In this document: positions 27,254 through 39,300 of the stretch, one piece after another
Numbering within the stretch: the first letter of the stretch is position 1
How the letters are laid out: each line of letters starts with the position of its first letter
DNA from: Tubiluchus corallicola
Taxonomy: Eukaryota; Animalia; Priapulida
Reading direction: 5' to 3'
DNA: 64,000 nucleotides
Assembly: GCA_030141605.1 (NCBI GenBank)
Contig: JAQGDQ010000258.1
Span: 1 to 64,000, forward strand
The notes under the pieces: model-generated
Database searches by the model: none
What the model was told of the DNA's origin: nothing
The model's input: the letters and a program-made list of their open reading frames with translations, nothing else
Made by a program: the position numbers and the translations under genes

Positions 27254-29914
27254 CATTATTATTATTAATATTATTATTTTCATTATTATTATTATTATTA
27301 TTATTATTGTAACATTTATTTTAATTTATTCTTTTTTCAGCATCCCTTCATGAAGCCATTGACACTTTATTCAAATCTAATGATTCCTAACCAAAAGGTG
27401 TTTTATTCGCAATAAATTTTTCGAGCAAATGTTTTTTAATGACTGTTTAAATTTTAAAATGTTAAAAAATCAATACATTCACAAAAATCTCATTTCGTCT
27501 TGTACTAACATTTTTGCGTATAATTTTGTCTGTTTCACTAATATGTGAAATGATCCTGAAAACGTCTTTTTACATACCGTAGATACTTACGTACAAGTCG
27601 AATTTTTGGGAGGCGATTTTAAGGTGAAATTTTTTGGGGTCGACTTACGATATGTTTTTTGGAGATGTCGATAAAGAATCGTGTACAATACGAATATATT
27701 AAGAAATAATCCTTCATTATACGCCAGACTGAATGAACACTCATACTGTGATACTTCACATCAGAGAATGTTTGCATCTTGATATTACTTCACAAAATTA
27801 ACAAATATTACTGTAATTTATTTTAATGTATGTGAAATTTCACATTAAGTGATATAATGTAATGCTAAGTAATATACCAGAATGGTTCCGACGGCGCCGT
27901 TACATGACGTCATATACACACAATGTAAATCAGGAGAAGAAAAGAAAATCTTAAATTATGTCTCAAAAAGCTTTCCATGCAAATCTATGTTACTTTGCAT
28001 TTCGCTTACCTGCTTGAAAGACTTATGTAACTAGAAGTAATTATTTAAAATGTTTGAGGCCAATTGGTAAAATGTCGTTGACTCACACTCCAGGGTGCAC
28101 CACTCACTAACCCAAACGCATTTTTAATCTTATTGACAAGATACAGTAATTTAAAATTTTATTCTGTTAGTAACATGTATGCTACGAATGCTCTGATTAT
28201 TTTTTCAAACTTTACTCAATGTTATCTAAACTTGTTTCAAATGACTTATCGTCAAAATGGCTACGTCATCATGGGAGTTTAGATTTACATGTTTCATACA
28301 GCGTTACTGCCTATGCAAGTCCTGTATGCAAAAAGATAGTATGTAAGTGGTACAAAACTTCAAGAGGGATTTTTAAGCTTTGTGTAAGCGGAGGATTTTC
28401 TTGTGGTTTGAGACTCAATTTACAAGATGCAAAAATGAAAAAGTTTAAGAGTTTGAAGACAAACAAGCTTTTTAGACGACTGTGAAGCAACAATACCTCA
28501 AACTTAATATCAGTAACCATCTGATAGTCCAACAAATCTCTACTCAAAACTTTGAGCAGTAAAGTAGCATCGTTTCTGACGTCACTAGGATCAACGTAAA
28601 ACATTTCCCTCGCACGAGCACAATCGCAATCCGTACAACCATCACATGACTCCGGAATTTCCACGCTGAACGTTCCATTCTCTGCCTAAATATAGAAGTA
28701 TTGAAATACATGAAAGTATTGAAGAAAAACTAGCAAAATAATAATGAACTAGGAAAGGTCTCGCAAAAAATTTTGCGTATAAATTCACTTATAATCAACA
28801 ACATTCCACCTAGTGTTCATTTATTTATCTAACGCAAGCTCCACCTAGTGTTCATTTATTTACCTAATGCAAACAGTAGTTTTTACTAAGTTAAAGTTAC
28901 AGGTAGAGTAAATGGATGACGTCACAACAATGAGTTTGTTCAGCTAGCAGTTTTCCAAGTGAGAACTGCCGAAAATGGAACCTTTAATTAGCTCGTCGCC
29001 ACTCCTCTTGGTTGAGGTGTCCTAAAATGTAGCCCACATCATTGTGCAGTCCTTTTCTTCTTCTTTCGAAAGAGCCACATGTTGCCTTCCGAGAATCCCA
29101 CCAGGCACCACTAGAGTGTTTTTTCTGCAGACTGTTTAGTTGAAATTTTTAAGGACACTTACGCCAGGAGCAGAAAGGACATTTACATTGTCATAATCGA
29201 TCACTTACGTCACACAAAATTAGCACACCCAGAGCAGGAAGAACACTTACGTTATCATAATCAAAAGCTGAAATATCTTCCGGATCATGAATAGTTACAA
29301 AGATATTAGCAGGTGAATTTTCTAGTACACTTCCATTATAGAACTCGTGTTCAAATGTTGGTGTGTTATCATTGATATCAAGCAGAGTGATATAGACCAC
29401 TGCGGTTGCACTGTCTTTCCATTCCTCAACACTCGTATCTTTCTCAACCATAACCTACAAGATTAAGAAAAAAATGTTTAGAAGATTTCGGATAAGAAAG
29501 AAGTAGTATAAAAATCTTTGTGTTGATAAAAAAATTAATAAAACTATAAACGAAGTATACATATGCTCATGGCATAGTCATGATGATAATAAAAACTAAT
29601 ACTATAGAAACAGCAGATGAAAAAGATAGTTTATGTGATGTTAGTACAATTACATACAACGATGAACTTACTGTCAGTTCTATTCTGTCTGTGTTGAATT
29701 CTGTCAGTAAATCTTCCCTGTCCAATTCTGCAGCTATTTTAATTTCACCTTCATCAGGATCAACTTCAAAGTGACTCGTTAAATTACCTAATAAGGAAAC
29801 GAACGAAATGCATTGTACAATTTTTACAGAGAGAGAGAAAGAGAAACAAAGAACAAAGAAAGAGAAAGGAAGAGGAAGAGAGAGAAAGAGAAAAAGGGAG
29901 AGAGAAAGAGGGAG

Positions 29915-29986
<72 letters not shown>

Positions 29987-30119
29987 AGAGAGAGAGAGAG
30001 GGAGAGGGAGAGAGAGGAAGCGAGAAAGTGAGAGGCAGGAGAGAGAGAGAGAGAGAGAGAGAAAGAAAGAGAGAGGAGAGAGAGAGAGAGAGAGAGGAGG
30101 AGAGAGAAGAGAGAGAGAG

Positions 30120-30193
<74 letters not shown>

Positions 30194-33100
30194 GAGGAGG
30201 AGAGAGAGAGAGAGAGAGAAAGAAAGAAAGAGGAGAGAGAGGGAGAGAGAGAGAGAGGAGGAGAGAGAAAGAGAGAGAGAGAGGAGGAGAGAGAAAGAGA
30301 CAGAGGCAGAGAAGACGGAAAACAAGACAGCATAAATTTACGCACATGCGGGATTTGAACCTGAGACTATGGAACACAACACCAGGGTTCTGTATGTCTG
30401 TAGCAGCATAATGCAGAAGGGCAGAAGGAAGTAACAATAATAACATTCTACTGCCTTTGTAGACAAGTTACTTAAAACATAGTCCAAGTGTACATCACAT
30501 TTATATATTAATTATTTAATTAATTAATGAAGAACAACTACTCAACTAATTTTGCTCTAAAACGAAAGAACAATTATCTTCTGCATAATACAATGTTTCA
30601 AGAGAAAGGTCAAGAGGTCAAAGTTCTTCAATCTTGCTACATTAAAATGAATTCCATAAATTGATTATCAATACCATTTTGAAAAACACTGAAGTAGGTA
30701 ATGAACAAGCTACAGGTAATGTTACCTGGTTCAGCAGAGACGATGCTGTAGACAAGAGGAAGAGGATGACCAGTATCCTGATCTTCCGCAGTGACCTTGA
30801 AAACAACTTCACCCTGAAAAATTCAAATTTATCACTAAAGTAACTCTTTGCTTAACGACTCCTTGTTTACTGACGATTCGTTCTAGCGATGACAAAGTCT
30901 CTTTCGTTTTTTCGTCACAGCAACGCGCTGCATTACTTCAAATGCTGAATTTTCATCCTGTGTACATGCTTTATAAAAAAGGCATAAATTAACATAAATC
31001 AAAAGAATATGTTAGCTGATCTAAAAAGATCTAAACGGTATTTCTTTCAGGGTTCACACAGAATTTTAAAAAAATTCCGCTGACCAAATATTGATCTTCC
31101 GCGACCAAGATAAGCAGAAATTGCATTACCAGTATACATATGTAAAAACAGTTTTATATATGGACATTCATACATATACTAAAGTATATTGTGTCGGCAC
31201 AGTTGCAGTAGTGCTAACGAAATTACACTTATCACATTAAACAAACTTCTTTAAACCAATCACGATCTTTAGAACAGAAAACAAAACTAGGAGGCTGTCA
31301 TAGCTAAAGTTGATTTGAACACGAATTGCTGAAAAACATGTTTGCAAGAATATAACGCTTCACTGTGTTTTGCAACCCTTTCCGATTTCCCTCACTTTTT
31401 GCCCCATTTTCGTAATTTTCTCCGAGTTTGTACCAAATTGTCTTTTTCCCTGACTTTTCCAACACTTTTTTGGATAGCCTGTATTTTCAAAGATTTTCCA
31501 GGATGTTCCCTGAACAGGCAACTCTGTTCTTTATTTTGTTTTGACATTAAGCATGGAATAGCGTAGTGGCAAGACCCACGTCGGAAGACGGGAGGTTCCG
31601 TAGATGATGATTACGATGATGATTATGACGGTGACGACGATGGTAAATGAACTGTTGTTCAGCATACTTGTGGACGATGTTCCTCCATGTCGGTTATATA
31701 CGGCAGGTGTGTGAAAAGAGGAGGTTTATTGGGAATGTCAATGACGTAGACAAATACAGTGAGCGGAGTCTCATTGCACTCCCCTCCGGGGGTGTATTCT
31801 CTGCAGTACTCTTCATCCTCACCTCCATCCTGCAAATACAAACATGTCATATTTTTAGTAACTAACAGCTTTCCGCCTATGACTGTCCTTCTCTGTACAG
31901 AAAAAGCAGAAAAGAGTAAATTATAAACCGACAAATGCAGACCCATTCTGAATAGTAAATCCAAGGCAAATGACAACATCCACTTGTACTTATAACTTAG
32001 TGTGAGGTGTATGTTGCTAATTTTGATAGTAAATGGCTTTCCTTACTTGCATTGCTGTATGTGATCTTTCATTTCATCATCTCCTCACCCAATCTGTTAA
32101 TTTTAAGTAAGTATCAGTGAGTAATCAATACTTCTATCAGTATCCATCCTCACAGTGGTGGCAAAACAGTGGTGTTATCTTAATCAAGTTATCTTAATTT
32201 AACATACTATTAACAAATAATAGTCTTTCTATCTTTTATATCATCTCATATATGAGCTTCATTCATTACATCATTCCATTTTAAGCACTAATGTTTTTTT
32301 ATCATACGATTCACTTTAAATTTTCAGATTATTTCCATTACTTTTTTTTCTTTCACTGTGTGGGACAATCTAACAAGCCCTGCTTTTTGATTGCCCGCAA
32401 CACATTTACCTTCGTGTATAAGTGAACAGTGTTTGAGGCTTTTCCTGTGCAGTATTTCTTATTTGTATTATATCCATTGTAGGCCCTTTCACTAGATATT
32501 GTACATGAAACTATTGTAAATGTGTAATGTGAAATAAATGACTTGTGACTTTTATGCAAAAAACTTTATGGTAGGTTAGTTTTCATTTTTGCTAACTATC
32601 TTTGACCACAACGCAATGAACTTTCCAGAGAAGGGTCATATGAAGAAAATATTCTCTCCAAAAACTCGAAAACATTTGTCCTAGTAGAGGCGTTTGTAGA
32701 AGAAATGCACATCATCGCTTAGCCCGTTATATATATATATCAGAGCTAAGAAACATAGAAACATTCAAAATCATCGTTTATTTAAAAGTTGTTTCAAAGT
32801 GTTTCAGTGCACCATTAATTGAATGAAGTGCCTTTATATTTATTATAACCTTTTACTTTATCATGGATTTTACAACATTTACTTTGAAATTTAGCTATTG
32901 TCTTTGTTTGTGATTATGTGACTAATGCTAGCTTTCTTTTATAATACAATGTAATATATAATGTAATATAGTATAATGTGAAATAAATGACTTATGACTT
33001 TATAAACAGAAGCTAAGCGATGTGTTGAAGAACTAAGTCGTACAAACAAAAGGAACGTAATTAAACTCTCTTAAAACGAGATTCACTAAACATTGTCTTA

Positions 33101-33268
33101 CCTGCTTAATACCTCTCATTTCTAGAGAATGGGAACGTGCCGGGGGCAGTGCTGGAAATGGTTGGATACCCCGTTCAACTGTGGGTGTTATAGGCATAAT
33201 TAGAATTCGCAGGACGACCACTGTTTCATACAACGGTCATTTTCCCGGACCCGTACACCCACACACGC

Positions 33269-33305
<37 letters not shown>

Positions 33306-33306
33306 T

Positions 33307-33342
<36 letters not shown>

Positions 33343-36300
33343 CCTCTAAAAAACCTCGATTTGTTCAACTGTTTTGGACAACTTGGGAAAAAATAGGCAC
33401 ACCCCCGGAAAGAGAAGGAAACGGTCTAGTGTAGACTTCACACAGTTGAACAATGTAAAACAGGTAGAACTCAATATTGACAATAACACTGATAAACACA
33501 TAATCAAAACAATTTCTTCTTAATGTCTTTTGTTTAAGAAAATGTACAACTTACATTTACACCAACCTGTCGTAGTGGAAGTTTGAAATTCCTTCTTTTA
33601 TCCAGACACATTACTTTCACATTTGGGCTATGTAATGCAAAATGAACATTTATTGAACCAAAAACAGGTTAAACGATGCTTACCGATTCACTGAAAAAGT
33701 AATCAACTTGGGATCCTTGATGGTAATCTATGTCCGTTGCATGGGATTCAAAAATGAAAGTTCCCAGCCGAGATGTCTGAAAATTATATTATTATTTATT
33801 TATTGACCATGGTCAGAGATATATACAAAAAGTCATAAGAATCGTTTCGAGATAGTTGCAACATTTAAGAAATTTAGGCTGATCATAGTCCATAGATCAC
33901 TCAATGTATGGTGTAGTAACAATTAGAGACCAAAAATGGCTAGAGCATCGTGTACAAAATTACAAATATCAGCGGGATTTCCGCTGAAAAAAGTCACTAA
34001 ATCATCAAATATTAAATCGGAATTGTTTCTTAAGATACGTGTTTCAGGGCATTCACATATTACGTGCAGTTCTGTTTGGATTTGTCCACATGAACAGAGT
34101 CTTCGCTCTCTTTCAATACGGGACCAACGACCGGTTTCTATGGCAAGGTTGTGTGAGGAAAGTCTGAGCCTTGACGTTTTTATCCGTTTCAGTTCATTAA
34201 CATTGTCACAGTAAATTCGATGGATAGAGAGTTCAGGGTTTAGTTGGAAGTATGTGACAAATTTCGTACGGTCAGAAGCGCGGATCCTATCTTTGATTCT
34301 ATTCAGGTCATCATCGATAAAATCACCACGGTATCCAGTTATATTACGCAAATATCGAGCACATGGGGTGTTTGACTCGCGACACAAATTGTAAACAATC
34401 ATAAACGGATCATCAGGAATATTCACTCTTGCGCGAACAATCTTATTGAAAAAGCGATATTGGGTGTCCTTCACAAAACCATTCAGGGAGGGAAGGCCCA
34501 ACTCTATGAGACACAAATCATTAGCAGTTGTACGTCGCACACCGAGTAAACATTTAATAACACTAATATACATCCCTTGAATAGGATTAAGGTCATTGCA
34601 TAGCCAAGACTCACATCCGTAAGTAATTGCAGCAAGTAGCGCGGCATTTAAAACTAACTTCTTAACTGCAAAAGGATAAGCTGAATTCTTAGAAATAAAT
34701 GACACGAACTTCAGTACGTGACAATATTTGTCTTCGCAGTGTTTTTCCAGAGCGGGTTTAAATTTTACTGTTGAGCTAAAGACAGCACCGAGGTAAACGT
34801 AATAGTCACAGTGATTAACAGTAAGGGGGTTCACTACGAGGTCCAGACGATCAACAGCATCGCCATTAATAACCATAAATTTAGTCTTTTTTAAGTTCAC
34901 CTTCATACCGGATTGATCACAGAACTCAATAAGGAAACTGAGTTTTTGAATAATACCTTCTCTAGATGTTGACAATAAGATTGTATCATCCATCAACATC
35001 AAACAATGTAAATTTCCTAGGAAACCATCGAGACCACATCTAGACTTTAATTCACGAATAAGAGGGTTAATATACAGTGTGAAGAGGAAACAGGATGACG
35101 GCGAACCCTGCTTCACACCTAATGTAACACCAATAACGGCAGCACCAAGGACCAGCTGCGTATTCACATACATGGCAGCAAGAGCAGAGAGCATCACAAG
35201 ACCACAGCCAAGAGCTCTCAAGGCCCTAATCAAACCAGAACGTGGAACTCTATCGTAAGCTTTCGAGAAGTCTACGAAAACGATATATAATTTCTTCTTT
35301 TTAAACAGTGCATAGTCCATTAATAGTCTTAGAGTCACAATCCACTCAATGCAGGATCTACCCTTTTGGGCGCCAGCCTGCTCCCTATCGGGTTTGAACC
35401 ACATCTCTAAACGTTTGCACAAAATTCGATCGTATATTTTCGCAAGGGAGTCCATGATTGACAAACCGCGGTAATTATCGCAGTCCTTACGAGATCCTCT
35501 CTTAAAAATAGTAACAAGGCGGCTAAAGCACCACGGAATCGGGAAAGATCGCGAAAAGAATATGAAATTCAGAACAAAACACAGGTAATTAATCCAAGTA
35601 TCTGGGATAAAATTGAACACAGCACCAGGAATACCAGAGGGTCCACCACTACTACTTGATTTACATTCGGAAGCAGCAGAAACAAACTCATCGAAAGCGA
35701 TCGGATCATCTGTGATAGGGATACTTGGACCATCGCACAGTGATAATAAGTCCTCTGGACCATCACGATCTGGGTTGAGAAGATCCTCGAAATGACGTTT
35801 GAATTCTTCGCTAGTTGGAGATTCAAAGGATTCAGATTCAATCGTGTTTTCTTTCCAGTCTATGGCATTCCATATTTCCTTAGAATCATTGAGCTCGAGC
35901 ATACGGCGCCAACGATCCGTCGGCTGATAACGATTGATGAGACGATTCGGAGCTTTACATCTAATCAGTTTATCACGGAAAACATTATTAATATCAGTAA
36001 CACAACTATTTACATCATCCACATCATCAGGAGGTTCAACTGAAGACATCACTCTCTGAAATTCAACACAGTCTGTTTCAGCAATACGGATCTGACGGCT
36101 ACAATGTTTGCGGTTTGGAGTTTTAACTTCAGCTGCATGAGCACCTAAGGCTTCGGATCTGATAAGAAGATTGTGAGGTAAGGCTCCACGAGATAACATG
36201 TTGATATCAAAAATCACAGACAGAGGGGCATGATTCGAAGGTAATCGTAAGTCTTGATTGACAGTGAAATTGACAACACTATCGATTAGTGCAGGAGAAA

Positions 36301-39300
36301 TAAGACAATAGTCTAATTCAGAAATCCAATTCTCACGTTTTCTATACGTCAGATTACTTTTAAATGTTCTGCCTTTATACTGAATGCTATTTACAACGAT
36401 TAAAGAGTTAAAAGAATTATAAACAACTTTGGCATTTTCATTCGGGGATCCAATCGAATCCTCGGAAGCAAGATATCGTGCACCACTGTCACTAACATTA
36501 CGTAAAAATTTGTTAATAGCAGGCCCGAAACGGGCATTCAAATCACCAAGTATCACAAATTGATCATGAGGGTTGGACATCATAACTTCGTTGATTTTTG
36601 CTAAGCATTCAAGTGAGTGGTAATGAGAGTCAGATGGCGTGAGATAAACACATACAAAAACAATACCAGGTATATTATTGAGGCGTAGCACAATAACATC
36701 GGAACCAAATTCGACCGATTGAATCGAAGAGGCTAGCACATTTGAAATCAGTATAGCACAACCACCACGGTGACCAGCTGCTTGATTAGTTCGGAGAGTT
36801 TTATACCCAGGCATTGTGAACTTCAACGGAGTTTTGATTTCATTTAAGAATATCATATCAGATTTACATAAACTTTGGCGAACAAAGTCGATCTCCAGTT
36901 TATTTTTCATGGCATTAATGTTCCAATGTGTAATACGGAGTTCAGTGCAACTATCTCGATTGTTTACAAAAAAGACATTGGTTGCCAACTATCAATAACA
37001 ACACCGTCCCGGGTGATCTCACGCTTTTTCTTGTCAAACTCAATATGGCATCCCCGGTTTTCAGGTTTGTCACGTTCGCACTTCTCAGCGTCAAATAGCC
37101 GCTTCCATTCGGCACGAACTGCAGGGTGGGTGTCTCGCTTCACTCTGACTTTTTTCACAGCAGCATTGGCAGACGATTGAAGCTTATTAGCATTCTTCAC
37201 GACATTGTCCCTTTGGTCATGATTTTCAACAATGACCAACACAGGACGATCACGGCCATTCGTAGCTGTACCGAGTCTCTTGTATGAGACGACAGCAGCT
37301 TCCACATCCACTACATCAAGAATTTTCCTTATCTTATCATCGTCGGAATTAGCACCATCGATATCCTCATTTTCACTTAAGCCCATCATAATTAAGTTCT
37401 GGTTTCGGAGACGACCGTCAACCTGCTCCAAAAACCGTTGTTGATTTTTAACAACTTGACGCAAGACATTCACTTCAGTCTTTAATTCAGAATGTTTGTC
37501 TTCAATCTTTTGGGACAATTTTTCCTCCAGATTTTGAAATTTAGTGTTAATATTATTAGATAGTTCATCCAGGCGTTTCAACACAGCTGAATCGGCACCA
37601 CCAGAAGCGGCCGAAGGGGGGGCAGCCAGTATGATTTCTATCATATCGTCCTTCGTAATGGCTTTCAGCTTCTTACGGTCACATGCACACAGCTCATCGA
37701 TACTCTTCGGTTTGTCAGACATATTCAACAAATAATGCAGGTATCAGAAATAGGGGAAGTGAACCAGTCTATTTCTGACAAGACTTGTTAAGTCACAATG
37801 CAAGCTATCACACAGCAGGTATACTAACCTGCACTGCTACAAAAGGTTCAAGTTTTGCACAATAGAGCGATTACAAATTACTCGAGTGTCGTTGTCTTAC
37901 AAGTTTTCCAGTTAGCAGATAGAAATGTATTACAAAGAAATTATATAGTTATCATACGTTTTTTATTGATATCTCAAAAATAATTTGAGATTATAAAGTC
38001 TCATCACTACCACTGCGTGCAGCACACATTACCGAACACGCTGCTATTTGTTTCATCAAGCTCACGAACTTTTACACGAATAAATTTCACTTAAATTGCG
38101 GAGCTGAAAAAATACGTCCACCCACTGCAACAGCTGTACATTGCGGGTCTGTGCAATATACATATACATTAGTAAGACCTCAAATGTGCAATATACAGTA
38201 TGTAAGCCAAGAATACTACAAAGTGCTGGTTAGTTAACATAGTGATTAGGTGCAATGAATAGATCAGCCACTGAACTTTGAAATGCTGCTGATTTTTTGC
38301 TCTATGTAAGATGGTGACTTAAATTAAGAGTTGACTTGAATGCGATTTCCACACTTTAGCTTTTCCCAAAGAATAAGAGTTAATAGATACATATACATGT
38401 ATGTGAACATGTGCGTGCATGTGCAGTGTGTGTGTGTGTGTGTGCACGCGTGTAGTGCATGCGTGTTTGTGTGTGTCTGTGTTTGTGTGTGCATACGTGC
38501 GCGCCTGTTTGGGTGTATGTGTATGTGTGTGTGTGTGTGTGTGTGCGTGCATGCATGTGTCTGAGGGTGTGTGTGTGTGTGTATGTGTATGTGCGTGCAC
38601 GTGTAGTGTGTATGGTATAAACGTGTGTGTGTGTGTGTGTTTGTGTGCGTGCATGTGTGTGTGTTTGTGTGCGTGCATGTGTGTGTGTGTGCGTGTACGT
38701 GCGTGCATGTTTGTATGTGTGTTTGTGTGAGGGTGTGTGTGTGCCTATGTGAGGGTATGTGCGTGCCAGTGTGTGTGTGTGCATGAGTGAGTTTGTGCAT
38801 GTGTGCCTGTGAGAGGGTGTGTGCGCATATGCATGTGTGTGAGGGTGTGTGTGTGTGTGTGTGTGCGTGTGCATATGCATGTGTGTGAGGATGTGTGTCT
38901 GTACAAGGCACATTATGCATAGAATATCAGTATTTTCCAAATAATGGCATCGGGTGAAATCATTTAAAAAATCTAAAGTTTATATTTAAAACTAAGTTTT
39001 GAAATACCTCGTTTATTTCAATTTTGCCGCTTGGAATCACTTCCTGCCAGACGGGTGCATTGTCGTTTATATCCGTAACACGTAAAGTCATGCCAACTTC
39101 TGTCTGAAAGTTCAACAGAAACTGCTAAATGAAAAACCAAAGATTTTTCAAAATAGCTAGAGCAATTTGCAGAGTTGTAGTAGATCTGTCTACTATAAGC
39201 ACCTATCATTTGACCTCTCTTTGAAAATATGTAGTACATCTGTCTACTATAAGCACCTATCTTTTGACCTCTCTTTGTAGATCTGTAGTACATCTGTCTA

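Larger units (their letters stand above)
33790..38135 (-). mobile_element. apparently full-length two-ORF non-LTR retrotransposon (clade uncertain; RTEX/L2-CR1-like)
   Basis: intact ORF1 and ORF2, 3' (AATA)n tail; 5' end approximate. Confidence 0.9.

Noticed and set aside
33102-33233. Possible missing cadherin exon (good donor cag/gtaaga)
   Set aside because: The only open frame ([20 protein letters not shown]...) has no cadherin motif, and the region adjoins repeat-like sequence.
37938-37946. aaattatat as TSD partner of 33781-33789 for the two-ORF LINE
   Set aside because: AT-rich 9-mer that could be chance; LINE-like 5'UTR sequence seems to continue to ~38135, so the boundary is left unresolved.
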